From contig JAUZTB010000042.1 of the NCBI GenBank assembly GCA_034780895.1, positions 8,227,497 to 8,291,496 of the forward strand: a stretch of DNA of 64,000 bases, given 5' to 3'. The notes under the pieces are model-generated. The model made no database searches, was not told where the DNA came from, and was given only the letters and a program-made list of their open reading frames with translations. The translations under genes and the position numbers were made by a program. Below are positions 37,066-51,095 of the stretch, piece by piece. Source of the stretch: Rhynchobatus australiae. Taxonomy: Eukaryota. Numbering within the stretch: the first letter of the stretch is position 1; the number at the start of each line of letters is the position of its first letter.

Positions 37066-39417
37066 GAAGACTTTTCTTTGACTGTGACCATTTTGTAAGT
37101 GTTGTAATTTCTTTAGCATACTGGCTTTGAATCATTAGATCTTAGAACCAGGGAAAATTAGAAATCCCCATGTGTCTTTAACATGGGCTGTATGTGGTTT
37201 GCAGGTCTTCTCCATATGTCTCTCGACATGGATAAAGTTAAAGGACTGGAAGATGCAGGTGACATATTTACCGAAGACCACCGGTTTTCCAACAAATTGT
37301 ATATTCATTCAGCACAGAAGGATACCTTTTACAATCTGAAATGTGCTGTGTCTGTGTTAGGGCTTTCCATTCTGTCTTGTGCCCCTCTTTTTTCCCTCAC
37401 AGCCCTTCAAATATTCTCTTTTCCAGTGCTCCATTGAAAGGTTCATAATCCCTTTGAACAGTGTATTTCAGAACCACAAAATAAATCTCATAACTGGATT
37501 GGCTTCTTAACCAATACTTAGAAACCAGAGGAACGTGTGATTGTTACACTGCCTGATTCCAGATGTCATTTGTCCTCAGTTTTCAGTCTTAATCTTCCAA
37601 GAATCTATACTGGGGAGGTAGTTGTGACCCACTGTCAATACAAACGCTAGGAATACCAACCTAAGCAGTGGGCTGTAGGTTGGACAATTTCTTCATAAAG
37701 CTGATCTTGGATATTTAGCTTCAAAATTCATGTCTTAGCAATCTATGTTTTTTAGTTGTTTATGTGCATTTGTAATAAATGAACAGTTACAAGTGTCAGT
37801 CTGAAGTCATGTTATAACATTTTAAAGATATAGACTGGATCCAGTTAGACTTCCCAATGCTTTAATGGAAACAGTTTCAGAAAAGAAGTGTTCAGCAAAC
37901 ATTATTTTCCTCTTTGTGTTTTAATTTTGTTGCGGGTGACACGTTGTGGTGTCAGGGCACTGTACACTGATGTTGCACTGCACAGATAAACATCTCTGAA
38001 AATTTTATTTCACTTGGAAATGAAATTTAAACCAAAAGTCCATGGAGCAGGGAGTCACTAGCACTGAGGTCTCAAAGAAGAGTTGAGGTAAACTGGGAGA
38101 TTTGAACATCTGATAATTGCAGGAGGAAGAGGAAAATGTCATGATGTCCCAGGGAAAGAACTGGAAATAAGCACAATGCAACAAGTCATGGTTGGAACAA
38201 GATGGTGAGGATGATAGGAAGAGGGAGAGGAATTAGAAGAGGAAGTTTCCAACTTAAAAATCCTATGAACAGCAAAAGGCCAGTTAATTCTCGTTTGATT
38301 CCTGGTGCTTTTCTCCATGTGTCATGCAGTGTATGCCCACTCTTTTTTTTCAAGTTGCAGTCTAACTCTTCAGAAGAATAACCAGACTCTGCTTCAACAA
38401 CGGCCTGTGATGGAGGCTTTCATATTCCAACTGCACTCAATGTAATGAAGCTTTTTTCCAACCACCCCTTTTAATTCATTTTGTGGCTATCTTATTTTAT
38501 CTTGTTTAAAAACTCTTGGAAGCAATCTTATTATAATTTACATTGCAAAAGGCTTCATAACCTCAAAGACCTCAATCAAGTTCCCACTTATACTTCTCAG
38601 CTTTAGTGGAATCGGTCTTCACAACTGTAATTCCCCAGTGAGTTAATGCTGCACTTTGCTGTGCTATTATGTCCTTTCTATAGCAGGGGACCCAAACCTG
38701 TGCATAGGACAGAATGAGAGAGGAATGCACAAAGGAATGCACAAACCACTGTCATCTTTGTAAAACGCATTGAAATTGCTTGCAGAAAATAATGCAGCAA
38801 TAATATGAATAACTGCAATGCAAGAAATCTTATTATAATAACACAACTAATAGATCTTATCTTTAGCTACACATGCAAATTCCCATTTTGTGTATGTGTT
38901 TAAATTTGCATTGTCTGGAATTCAAAGGTGTGAACATCTGCACATTACTGTTGGAATTTCTTGCACATTCAGAGACCCAATTAATGACTAATTGAAGATT
39001 TTACTTCTTTAGCATTTTCATCAGGAAGCTTATTCAGTAAAAATAACAAACCCCACCCAATTGTAATTTAATTATGTTAACCAAACGTTATTTTATTTGC
39101 AGTTGTATAGCAGATTTTATCGTTGTACTGAAATAAATTCCATTTGCAACATATCAAGCATTTACTTTTAGAATTCAGCTTCCATTACAGGATTACTTAA
39201 GACCTACATTGATCGATTTCTCCCAAGAGACTCCAGTGTCAACCAGTTACAGACTGATGTTTGTGTTTAATTGTAATGCAATCTTAAATAATATATACAA
39301 ATTGATGTAAAGGCTCGCCAAACCCAAAATGAAAGTGAGACTCCTTCTCTGGTATTGTAAATTAGAACACTTGACAATTCATGGTACTGTCATGAAGAAT
39401 GGCTGTAATGCATCACT

Positions 39418-39822
39418 GTAAGGGTCCTCCATGGATTATGGGCACACCCAATTTATGGACACACCGTCCTTCCAAACAAACATTTGGGAGACTGGTGGGA
39501 TGGATGGGGATGGATTTGCCAGTTGCTGCAGGCATCTTCTGCCCGTTGAGAATGGCATGTGCCTTCTCTCCCCAGTCCTCCTCTCCAGAGATGCAACAAT
39601 TGGGGGTTGGGTCGAGCCCAGCACTGAACACTGAGCAGACTCACTCACTGTGAGTCAGGCTGGCGGCCACTCTCCCCGAGGCTGCTCGCCCTCCCGTCAC
39701 GGCTGTTTCTGTGATACTCCCCCACGCACTGTTGTTGTTCGTTTCCCGCGTACAAACAGTGCAGGTTACGGACAGTCCTCAGGAACGGAAGGGACCCTGT
39801 CGTAACCTGGGTACCACCTGTA
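39418..39822. mobile_element. Tigger/pogo-like non-autonomous DNA transposon (MITE)
   Basis: The right end reads TA-CAGGTGGTACCCAGGTTACGAC on the minus strand, a Tc1/mariner-type TA junction with a Tigger-like TIR. The left end taagggtcctccatggattatgggcacacccaatttatggacac is a decayed counterpart. Confidence 0.5.
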
Positions 39823-39827
39823 ATCGG

Positions 39828-40172
39828 GTGATGCAATGGCGCAGCAGTTAGTGCTGCTGCCTCCCAGCTCCAGAGACCTGGGTTCGATCTTGACCTCTGG
39901 TGCTGTCGGTGTCGAGTTTTCACATTCTCCCTGTCACCATCTGGGTTTCACCCGATTGTTTCCGCTTCTTCCCTTGTTTTACAATGTGCTGGTAGGTTAA
40001 TTCCCTCCTGTAGATTCCCCGCTGGTGTAAGTAAGTGGAAAAAGAATGAAAGGGCAGGTGGGAGAGAATGTGTTTGAGGGCTGCACAGAAAATAAAGAGA
40101 GGGGCAGTAGAGCTGATGGGATTGCTCAATTTGGGGCTAGCATGGTATTGGTAGGCCGAATGGCCTTCTATT
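39828..40172 (+). mobile_element. tRNA-derived V-SINE
   Basis: A box tggcgcagcagttag, B box gggttcgatctt, V-domain, and a CR1-like tail ggccgaatggcc. Confidence 0.8.
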
Positions 40173-40429
40173 TACGTAAACAAAAGTAGCTGTAACTCAG
40201 TTTGGCCCCAACAAAGAGAGACCCTCTTTCACTGCTCCCCTTCTGTGATCTCGGTTGCTCTCCGCTCTTTGACCAGGTGTTCACCCAGACTCAGTTCCAC
40301 AGCCACGTGGCCTTCCTGGGCACTTGCCTCCACTACCATCTTGTGCCACATGACTTCCAGCTCCGCTTCCAGGCCTCCCAGTTTGGCCCCAACAAGGATC
40401 TCAGACCACTACCTTCCCCCCTCACCTGC

Positions 40430-40675
40430 ACTCGCCTTGTCATCTGATTTCACCTTATCTCACCCATCCCCTGCCTGCATGTACTCATCCCCCTCCCCCC
40501 ACCTCCTTATTCTGACTTCTGCCCTCTTCCTTTCCAGTCCTGAGGAAGAGTCTCTGCCTGAAACATCGATTGTTTATTTCCCTCCATGGATGCTGCCTGA
40601 CCTGCTGAGTTCCTCCAGCACTTTTTGTCCATTGCTCCAGATACATCCAGCATCTGAAGAATCTTTTGTGTCTAA
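40430..40675 (+). mobile_element. Penelope-like terminal-repeat element with degenerate hammerhead motif (40535-40572)
   Basis: CAGTC-CTGAGGA-A-GAGTC-TC-TGCCT-GAAA-CA-TC-GATTG followed by gatgctgcctgacctgctgagttcctccagca. Confidence 0.6.
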
Positions 40676-43600
40676 GTGTAACTGAGCACATTCTAGGATT
40701 TCTTTAAAATACTGAATTGAACATGGTGTTTGATATTGAACGTGATGGATGTGAGTGGTGAGGAAGAAGTTTTTCACCTTTGAGAACTGGATTTGGTTGC
40801 TGACTGGATGTTGGGATGGACAATTTCTCCTTTGTGAGTCAGGATGGAGAGTCTGCATTCACTTGGCATGATCCCACTGCACAAAGCATTGGTGAGAGAG
40901 GACATGTGGGAGTGGGAGATCATCACATTGATAGAATAGGATTTACCTTTTGTTGTTGGTATTAGGGCAGAGCAAATAGTGAAGATTTCTAATGGTAATT
41001 GGTTTATTATTGTCACATGTACCGAGATAAAGTGAAAAGCTTTGTTTTGCATGCCATCCAGACAGATCAAAGTAATTGCTTATGTTAGACCTTGGATAAA
41101 TTCCAAAGTTGTTGCATGTTGCTCGGTGGGATGGGCTATGTCTTAGCTTAGCAAGACGACAAGAGGAATCAAGAATGATAGGATCTATCATACACAGTGC
41201 ACCAAACAAAAATAGGCACAGATGTGATCTATCCCTTGCATCAGTGGAACAAGTCCTAATGGCATTTCCAGTCCAATGGTATGGGGCACACACAGGAGCT
41301 TGCTAGCTGTGTCTGTCCAACTTCCCTGCTGGAAAACAACAATACCATTTATGCAGTATATGTTCTATGTGGTAATATACAACCTGTGTTTTGTTGTTAC
41401 TAAACTACTTGGACTGTATGAAGATGCAGACTTCTGGAAAATCAAATCAAGTCTTGTTGGACGGTGTTACCCTTTCTCAGTTGCTTGAACCTGGATGGAA
41501 TGGTCCTTGTGAGATACTGCTGTGTGTAACTATTCTGCCATAGCACTGCCATAGCAAGCATAGTCCAAGACCTGTTATATTTGAGGTCAGCCTTTGCTGC
41601 ATGTTTTCAGTGGTCTACCAGGAGGTTGGTCCAATCCCGTGACAGATTACTGACGATGGGGCTCTGGTATGATTAGCCAGGGTACCAGTCCAAGCAATGT
41701 GTCCGAAGCAGTCTCCTGTCCATTTTGGTTACCTCTGCACCTTTTGATAGACCTCAGTGTTGGTAATGAGCTCTCTGCAGCAGACAAGTAAGGTAGACCC
41801 TGTTAGTTGAATGCATCCAACTTCTTGCCCCAGGATGCTGTCGTTCAGAGGCCAGCAGCTCTGAAATACCGGATTTGTCTATTGTAAAAGCAAAAAAATG
41901 CTGGATACACTCTGCAGGTCAGGCAGCATCTGTGGAGANNNNNNNNNNNNNNNNNNNNNNNNNNNNNNNNNNNNNNNNNNNNNNNNNNNNNNNNNNNNNN
42001 NNNNNNNNNNNNNNNNNNNNNNNNNNNNNNNNNNNNNNCAGGCAGCATCTGTGGAGAGAGAAACAGAGTTAATGTTTCAGGTCCAATACCCTTTGTCAGA
42101 CCTGAAGCACTAACTCTGCCTTTCTTTCCGCCGATGCTGCCTGACCTGCTGAGTGTTTCTGGCCTTTTCTGTCTTTATTTCAGATTTCCAGCATCTGCAG
42201 TTTTATTTGACTTTTGAATTTGTGTGTTGAGTTTCTTTCACCACAGCATAACTAAGATTCACCTTTAATTTTCACCATGGTGCTTCCAGTGTCTCACAGG
42301 TTGCAGTTGAGACAGATGAATGATTTTACCACACAACATTGTTGCCTACCATTTGACTTCATTCAGATGGGGAAGATGTCCTTGACTGGTGTTCACTTTG
42401 GTTTCACCCAGTATATTTCCAGGCAGAATGAGAGTTCGGTCTGCATTAATTTCCAGAGTAAGAAATAGAACATGAAGCATGGTGAGAAAGGCAATGTAGT
42501 TGATGTAGTCCTGTCTGGTAAATACCACAGTGCTTGGGGCTGCTCCCAGCGGACATTAGATAAACGGGCACAAAAACAAAACAGATCTAGACCAATGGTG
42601 CAGCTTTGCCTCTTGCCACTCTTGTTGCTGAACCAATCAGAGGATTCCCTGTGCAGTAAACTGCATTGAACAGTATAGCACAGGAACAGGCCCTTCGGCC
42701 CACAATGTCTGTGCTGACCATGAATGTCCAACATTGCTAACTAATGTTTTTACCAGAGACACATGAGACTGCACATACTGGGATCTGGAGCAAAAATCAG
42801 TCCTGATGCAGGGTCTCAACGTGAAATGTTGACAATCCCTTTGCCTCCTCAAATGCTGCTTGACCCACTGGGTTCTTCCAGTTTGTTTTTTTTGCTGACA
42901 TTATTAATAAATGGAAAATGGGGAACTTGCCACTATGTGATGCTTTTCATGAAGTCAATATACCCCAAAGCACTCTACAATCAATAAACTACTTTTTCAG
43001 ATTAACTGATGGCAGCAAATTTCCACTAACAAGCTGCCATGAACTATAATGGACCAATGATCAGATAATTTCCTTTAATGCAGTGAGATAAGGAAAACCA
43101 GGGGGCTTTTTACAGCGAGAAAGTTCCTGAGCTGAGGAGATTGCTGAGTAAGGAAAGTTTTGGATTGGTCCCATTTAGAAAAGTGGGAGATGATTTCATT
43201 GGGCCGCGCCAGATTCAGAGGGGGTTTGACAGGGTAAATGGAGAGGAACTGTTTCTTTGAACTGGAGAGTCTTGAGTTAGGGCTGCAATCATGTGATAGA
43301 AGGCATAGACATTTAGGACTATGATGAGGAGAGAGCTGTTAATTTCAGGAATTTTCTACCCTGGGGGGTGCATCCTCGGTGCTAGAGTTGGGTACATTTA
43401 AGGTGTAAATTTTTGGATGCAGCAGATTGTGTATCAGCATGGATCAGGCAAAGATGAGCCATGCTCAAGGGGGTATATGGTGCACTTTCTTTATTCAACA
43501 TTCCTATGGTCTTATGTTTGTTGGAAGATAAATATTGGGAGAGTTCTTCCAAATGTATCTTTTATCCACCTGAGAATAGGAATGGCCTCTCAAATGTGGT

Positions 43601-44072
43601 GCCTCAGTCAAAAGAAGGCATTTACAGCAATGCAGCCTCCCCAGTACAGCACTGGAATGCAGGGTTCCTTCTGTGAGGGTATCACCTCGGAGCCAAGGCT
43701 GAGGGAGGTTGCACTCTATCTGCAGGTTCTCTGATCCAACCCCATTCTAACACTGCTTGGACCTGATAGAATAACAGCTGCAGTAACTGCACTTCTCTCC
43801 AGGGCTGTGTCGGTGAACTGGTTTGCCATTTAAAATGGCCTTCTGGGTAGTCCTGTTAAATCAGCAGAGGATGTTCCTCAGGAGTGTGGTGAGAATATGG
43901 CTAACAGCAGATTCCAAATTATTATTTTCTCAGCAGGGGTCCGCCACAAGGTGCAGTAGAATGTTTCTCCGTGCTCAGCACTGCATGTGTCAAGTACAGG
44001 TTCATCAACAACAAACTGCTCACCCATCTCATGATTGTTTGTGGCATAGGGCTGCTACGTAGTCACTGCTGC

Positions 44073-44090
44073 GTGTGTGTGTGTGTGTGT
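44073..44090. repeat. (GT)n microsatellite
   Basis: gtgtgtgtgtgtgtgtgt. Confidence 0.85.
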
Positions 44091-44544
44091 TTACTTAACA
44101 ACAGGCAGCTATTCCAGAGAGAATTCAGTGTGTGTCAAGGATCATGTATATAATAACATTGCTTGCATTTGTATAAAGTGATATACAGCATTATTACAAG
44201 GAGTTGAGGTGTTGGATGTTGCAATCATTATAGTTTTATGATTAAATGCTCTTCTCTAGATGTTTTGTCTCAAGTTATAGGGATGCAATATCACCCATTT
44301 TCTTCCCTCTTCCTTTGTCTCTGCTCCATACCTTATCCCAGCTAAGATGGCATCAGCATTCCAGGCCATAAAGAGGATTATAATCAGGCAGGGTTTGTCA
44401 CCCTGATCCCAAGATTGCACACAAGTGAGATACAAACGCTTGTGGATTTATCCCAGAAGATTGGGGCTAGGGTGGGAGATAGTGGGAAGGACTCAGAAGA
44501 AATACACTCTGAGGTGGATAAATCAAGTAAAATGAAGTGCAAGT

Positions 44545-44958
44545 AAAATTGAAGATGCTGGAAATCTAAATTAAAAACAAAAATTGTTGGAAATAATTGG
44601 ATCAGGCAGGATCTGTGTAGAGAGAACAAAAAAATAAAACTGCTAGAGGATCTCAACGGGTCAAACAGCATTAGTGGAGACAAAGGGATGGTTGAAGTTT
44701 TAGGTCGAGACCCTGAGCGTTGACTGTCCCTTCGCCCCCACAGATGCTGCCCAACCCGCTGAGTTCCTCCAGCAGTTTGTTTTTTTGCTCCAGATTTCAG
44801 TATCTGCAGTCTCTTGTGTCTCTGTGTGGAGAGAAGCTGAGTGAACTTTTTAGTTCTAATGAAAAGTCATTGACCCGAAACATCAACTCTGGTTCTCTCT
44901 CCGGAGCAACTGCCTGACCTGCTGAGTGTTTCCAGCACTGCCTGTTATTTTTATTAAA
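44545..44958. repeat. Nested foldback (inverted-repeat) elements of the Penelope-like terminal-repeat family
   Basis: Inner arms aactgctagaggatctcaacgggtcaaacagcat / atgctgcccaacccgctgagttcctccagcagtt. Outer arms ...ggatcaggcaggatctgtgtagagagaac / gttctctctccggagcaactgcctgacctg. Confidence 0.7.
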
Positions 44959-45064
44959 GCGCTGATGTTGTTTGTGTGTGTTTGTGATTTTCCCCTGGGA
45001 AACAGTGTGGAGTAGTGGATGGGTTCCAGGGTTAGTGTACAACCTGGCAGGCCGCAATATAAAG

Positions 45065-45345
45065 CCACAGCTGGTAGTGCTGATGCCTCACTACTCCAGC
45101 GAACCAGGTTCAATCCTGACTCCGGGTGCTGTCTGTGTGGAGTTTGCACATTCTCCGTGTAACTGGATGGGTTTCCTCCTATGTCTCAAAGGTGTGCAAG
45201 TTGGTAGGTTAATTGGACACCATAAGTTGTCCNNNNNNNNNNNNAGAAACTGGGCATAGAATAAAATGGGATTAGTTTAAATGTGTGTTTAATGGATGGC
45301 ACAGAATTGATGGGCCGAAGGGTCTCTTTCCATGCTGTATGCCTC
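45065..45345 (+). mobile_element. tRNA-derived V-SINE
   Basis: ccaggttcaatcctgactccgggtgctgtctgtgtggagtttgcacattctcc...gggccgaagggtctctttccatgctgtat. Confidence 0.75.
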
Positions 45346-47459
45346 CCTGACAATGGTCCGCCAAGGCCTTAATTACCTCTGTACTACTCGGCGGACTAGT
45401 CAATTCTTGTATAACCCCTGAGACTGAGGGTACTGGTGGGGCAGGGAACTCGCGCTCATTGGATGCAAGTATCTCACTGCACAGAACTTGTGGCTCAGAA
45501 TGTGAGCAGTGGACTCTGGTTAACTTGCGGGGCGGTCTAACCGCACTCAGCGAAGGGCTACCTGCAACTGCCTCTGTCCAATGCATCAGATGTAGTCCGG
45601 CCTCAAGTCTTCAGTTCATTCCTGAGCTGAGACAAAGCCAGGAACCACTTCAGAAGTAGCCGGCAGATGAGAATGGGGAAAGATTCCGGGTGCTCCTGTC
45701 TTTAACCAGCCCACTCACTGCTCAGCCACTGGATCACCCTGCTGTGCACATCCTGTTTTTCTGTCCACGTTGCAGGTTTCTGGTGTTCCACTTTAAATGA
45801 ATGGCACAGTGTGACTGAAGCTGCAAACCTCCTGTGTATAATACTGAAATCTGTGTTCATTTCTTTTTTTAGTTTTTTTGTGGAGCAGCTTGCAGGAGAA
45901 TGAGATGTAGCTCTGGAAGGCTGGATCCCATCTCCTCCACCAGGAATAAAGGGGAGTGCCCAGAACCTGATGTTGCCCTTGTCTCCACATTGCAATGATG
46001 ATCTGTTCCACCCTCAGGAGAATAAAAGGATCAATGTTCGTAATTTCTGCCTCTGTGGTTGCAGTGTTTGCAGACAGCAGAATGCAGAAGGATTTTCCAT
46101 TGATTCCTCCTGATGTTGTGATTGATGGACTTGTATTAGTTTGCTCATGGGAAGGGAAATGGGGAACAGATTGGTGGTAGAGCACAAGGCTTGAGATGCT
46201 GTGATGGTCACTGCGCTCCCAAATCCAAGGCTCAGTTATCTCGGGGATCATGTGGCACCTCTCATTGTTGAAATAAACCAAGCTGTTTGGCCACAGATTA
46301 CTACCCTCTGTTGACATGCGCCTTTCTATGCAAGTCATGGAAATGTATTCAGGATCAGTGTTAATTCTGCTCCTCTCTTCACAGATGCTGCCTGACCTGC
46401 TAAGTGTTTCCAGCATCTTCTGTTTTTGTTTCAGATCCATAGCAATTGTCTTTGTTGTCCTTGCTTATCCTGGGATAATGAGGCCAGGAGGTTGGTTAAA
46501 GCATCAATTATTGCTCCAATCTGAAATGTTAGTTCATCATTTGAAATTGTCAGAATGGAGACAGTTTGTTGTTTTGAATATATTTTAAAAGAGCTCACTC
46601 TATAGAATTCTACTTCTGCTTTGAAAATAAGACAAAAAAAAATCTACAGGTGCTGGAAACCCAAAATAAAGCATAGAAATATTGTCCAAGAGTCACACTG
46701 AGCATAAACAGGTCCTTCAGCCCACGATGTCCATGCTGACCATCAAGGAGCCATCCATACCAATCCCATTTATTGTTGTTAGCCTTCTATGCCTTGGCAA
46801 TTCAAATGCTTGTCCAGATACCAAAATTACTGGAAACATTCCGGTCAGACAGCACCTGTGGAAAGAGAAAAAAAGTTTATGTTTCAGGTTTTTGAGTTTG
46901 CTTTCCTTCCTATTTTTGCAATAAGGGGGATGCAATTATCAGTCAGCATAGGTTTTTGCATTCATGACACCAAAAGGTTAGAGATTTTGCAATACATTTA
47001 ATGCTCAAATTGTACCATGAACTGGGCAGTGGAGTGGTTGTGTTGCAGAACAGCATTCTCGAGTACTGGGCTAATGATCTGGAAACACAAATTTCTATTT
47101 CTACAAATTGAAATTCAGTTAATTAAATAACTCTGGAATAAAAATAAAAATGGTATTGGAAATGGTGACTGAAAGTACCAGATTGTTATAAAAATTGCAT
47201 CTGCCTCACTGGCATCCAGCACAGGGGGATACTGGCTGCCTCTTGCTGTCTGGGTTTTATGGGACCTCAGACGCACGACAACCTGACTGACTGTGATCTG
47301 CACTCTGAAATGTCAAGTGCCACGGTTACAGTGAACTGCTGTGACGAAGTCCAATAAAAGTAAAACCTGACTGGCCAAAGCTTTGGACTTGCAGACAAAA
47401 ACACACCCAGCAAAGTTGGCCTGGCATATATTTTCTGTGACTAATTATCAGGACGACTT

Positions 47460-47960
47460 GTAGAAACAGAAAATCAGAAGCAGGAGTTGGCCATTTGGCC
47501 CTTCAAACCTGTTCAAGCATTCAATACTCCTTAATCTCTGTACCATTTTCCCATTGTCTCCTACACCCCTTGATTTCTTTTGTGATAAGAAATCTTTCTC
47601 TCCCCTTCTTAAATCTACTCAGCAACTTGGCTTCCATTGCCTTCTGTGCTGGAGAATCCCACAGCTTCACCCCTCTCTGAGTGAAGAAATTTTTCCTCGC
47701 CATAGTCCCAAATGTCTTGCCTCGTGTTCTAAGATGTGACCCCTGCTTCATGACCTCCCAGTCAGGGGAACATCCTCCTATATATCCAGAATTTTGATAT
47801 ATCTCAGTAGATCATATCTGATTCTTCCAGAAGTCTGGTGAATCCAGGCCTGGTTAATCCAATCTCTTTTAATGAAACAGTCCTGCAATCCTAGGAGTTG
47901 GTCTGGTGAACCTCAGTTGCACCCCCTCTATAACAAGTGTATTTTTTCTCAGGCAAGAAT
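47460..47960 (-). mobile_element. CR1-type LINE 3' end, degenerate
   Basis: GSHLRTRGKTFGTMARKNFFTQRGVKLWDSPAQKAMEAKLLSRFKKGRERFLITKEIKG. Confidence 0.8.
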
Positions 47961-49369
47961 ACCAAAGGTAAAATTGAACATTGTAGGATCATCAGCGAAC
48001 ATACCCATATGACCTTGTGATGGAAGGAAAGTCGTTTGATGAAGCAACTGAAAAGTAGTTGGGTTGAGGAACCTCTGCAACAAACTTCTGTATCTGGGGT
48101 GATTGACCTCCAACAATCACAACCATCCTTCTTTATTCAGTGTATTACTGCAGCTATTGTAGTATGTTCACCTTGATTCCCATTCCATCAAATGCTGCCT
48201 TAAACTCAAGGGCAGTCATTCTCACCTCACCTTGTTTGGTAGTCAGGTGATATACAATATCTGTGTTCCTAATTTATCATAGCAATTGATTTCTATTAGT
48301 GAGGCTTCAACAGTCCAAACAACAAGATGGATCATAAGTAACTGGTTGCACTTTCTCTCTTAGGAGCCAATCACATTGATAAATGACATGCATCTAAATT
48401 CACTGCACATTATTTTTGAAGTTACCACCAATCTTTAACATTGCATCATCTAAATTTCATCGTTAGTCTGCACTTCATATAAAACACCGCCATTCAGAAA
48501 AGATAAAAGACTTTTAAAAATAAAACAGCATCTCAAAGGCAAATTTGCTTTGCTGCTCTGATACTTTCTGCCTTGAGGTTTTAAAGTGTGATCTCACTTT
48601 GATTTTCAAATATTAAGTTGCTTTAAGTCTGATTTGGTTGCATTTACCCTTCCTGTGGCAGAAGTGGGACAACAGTTGGGGATGATCCAGTTGGTCCCAC
48701 AGTCCACAGTTTGGTGGATGCAATCATCAGCCAGGATTCCCATCATCAACCACTGTTCAGTATCCCCTACTCATGGACTGTGCAGATGTGGGCTTCTGAT
48801 CCAGTCAGAGTGTGAATATTCAAACAGAACACAAATTGCTGGAGGTACTCAGTGTGTCAAGCAACATCTGTGGAAGACTTAAATGGGCAATCCTTTATTT
48901 TTAAACACTGGTTCTTATTTTTAAATGGGCAATTCATATTTTTAAACAGTACTAGATTCTCCTCAGCGAGGAAATATCCTCTCCACATCCACCTTGTCAA
49001 TCCTGCTCAGCATCTTTCATATTTCAGTCACTTTTCTAAACATCGGCTGATACCAGCCCCACCTGTCCAACCTTTCCTCATAAGACAACCTGCTCAATAG
49101 CCCAATAAAGTTTTTCTTACCTGTTTCTGATGTAATAACATCCTTCCTTAAATAAGTCGATCAACACAGTCCACTATTACACCAGGTGCAGCCTTGAGAA
49201 TGCCCTATATAACCGAAAAATAACTTACCCACTTTGCATTCATTACCCCTCGAAATAAACTAGAGCCCTCTGTTAGTTTTCCCAATTATTTGCTGTACCT
49301 GCATAATGAGCCATGCACTGGGACACAGAGAGCTCTCTGTATCTCAGAGCTCTGCCATTTCCTACCATT

Positions 49370-51095
49370 TCAAGTAGACAGGGTGGTAAAGAAGCCATAC
49401 AGCGTGCTTGCCTTCATTGATTGGGGTGCTGATTCTAAAAGTCAGGGAGTCCTGNNNNNNNNNNNNNNNNNNNNNNNNNNNNNNNNNNNNNNNNNNNNNN
49501 NNNNNNNNNNNNNNNNNNNNNNNNNNNAGGAGGGATGTTGAGGCTTTGGAAAGGGTACAGAAGTTTACCAGCATGTTGCCTGGATTAGAGACTGTTAGCT
49601 ATAAGTAGACATTGAGCAAAGTTGGATTTTTTTCTCTGGACCATTGGAGGCTGAGGAGTTACCTGATAGAAGTTTATTAAGTTGTGAAAGGCACATGCAG
49701 GGTCTTTTTCCCAGGATGGAAATATCAAATACTAGAAGGCATAGATTTAAGGTGAGGGGGAAAAGTTTAAAAGGAGATGTACGAGGCAAATTTTTACACA
49801 GAGAATGGTAGGTGCCTGGAACATGCTACCAGGGGAAGTGTTGGAAGCAGACACTGTAGCAACATTTAAGAGGCATCTAAACAGACATATGAACAGGCAG
49901 GGACAAGTGATATTAGAACCATAGAACAATACAACACAATACAGGTCCTTTGGCCCATCATGTGCTGACCTTTAAACCACGCCTAAGATTATCTAACTCC
50001 TTCCTCCCACATATCCCCTATTTTAAATTCTTCCATATGCTTATCTAACAATCTCTTGAACTTGAACAACATATCTGCCTCCACCACTACACCAGGCAGC
50101 GCATTCCATGCACCAACCACTCTCTGGGTGAAAAACCTCCCTCTGATATTTCCCTTGAACTTCCCACCCATATCCTCTTGTGTTGAGCACTGGTGCCCTG
50201 GGAAAGAGGCACTGGCTGTCCACTCTATCTATTCCTCTTGATATTTTGTATTCCTCTATCATGTCTCCCCTCATCCTCCTTCTCTCCAAAGAGTAAAGCC
50301 CTAGCTTCCTTAGTCTCTCCTCATAATCCACACTCTCCAAACCAGGCAGCATCCTAGTAAATCTCCTCTGCACCCTTTCCAATGCTTCCACATCCTTCCT
50401 ATAATGAGGCGACCAGAACTGGACACAGTACTCNNNNNNNNNNNNNNNNNNNNNNNNNNNNNNNNNNNNNNNNNNNNNNNNNNNNNNNNNNNNNNNNNNN
50501 NNNNNNNNNNNNNNNNNNNNNNNNNNNNNNNNNGAATATTCTGTCAGGCCCCAGGGACTTATCTGTCCTAATATTTTCTAACAGCTCCAACACATCCTCT
50601 CTCTTGATATTTACATGCTCTAGAACATTAACTGTACCAACACTGTCCTCAGCATCATCAAGGCCCCTTTCCTTGGAAAATACCGAAGATAAGTATTCAT
50701 TAAGGACCTCACCCACTTCCACAGCTTCAAGGTACATCTTCCCACCTTTGTCTCTAATCAGTCCTACCTTTATTCTCGTCTTCCTTCTGATCTTCACGTA
50801 TGTGAAAAAAGCCTTAACCCTACTCACCAAAGCCTTTTCATGTCCCCTTCTTGCTCACCTCAGCCCCTTCTTAAGTTCCCTCCTTGCTACTCTATATTCC
50901 TCATGAGCCCTATCTGATCCTTGCTGCTACACCTTATGTATGCTGCCTTCTTCCTCTTCACTAGTTGTTCCACCTCTCTTGTCATGTGCATATTGACCAT
51001 GTGCAGGCAGATGTGCAGCTTAAGTTGGTGTTGTGGTTGACACAGACATCGAGGGCTGAAGGGCCTGTTCCTGCTCTGTACTTTGTCCTATGTTA
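49370..51095 (+). mobile_element. Older CR1-type LINE 3' portion, split by the 49915-50980 insertion
   Basis: Peptides QVDRVVKKPYSVLAFI and RDVEALERVQKFTSMLPGL. The 3' UTR tail gggctgaagggcctgttcctgctctgtac resumes after 50985. Confidence 0.75.
49915..50980 (-). mobile_element. CR1-type LINE fragment (ORF2 central part and 3' end), nested in an older + strand CR1
   Basis: ORFs KAFFTYVKIRRKTRIKVGLIRD...EYLSSVFSKE and EALERVQRRFTRMLPGLES...LGLYSLERRRMRGDMIE...FFTQRVVGAWNALP. Contains an N gap. Confidence 0.9.

Noticed and set aside
37205-37258. Possible 54-bp + strand exon (tttgcAG ... CAG|GTGACA)
   Set aside because: Weak donor, poor polypyrimidine tract, and no recognisable peptide.
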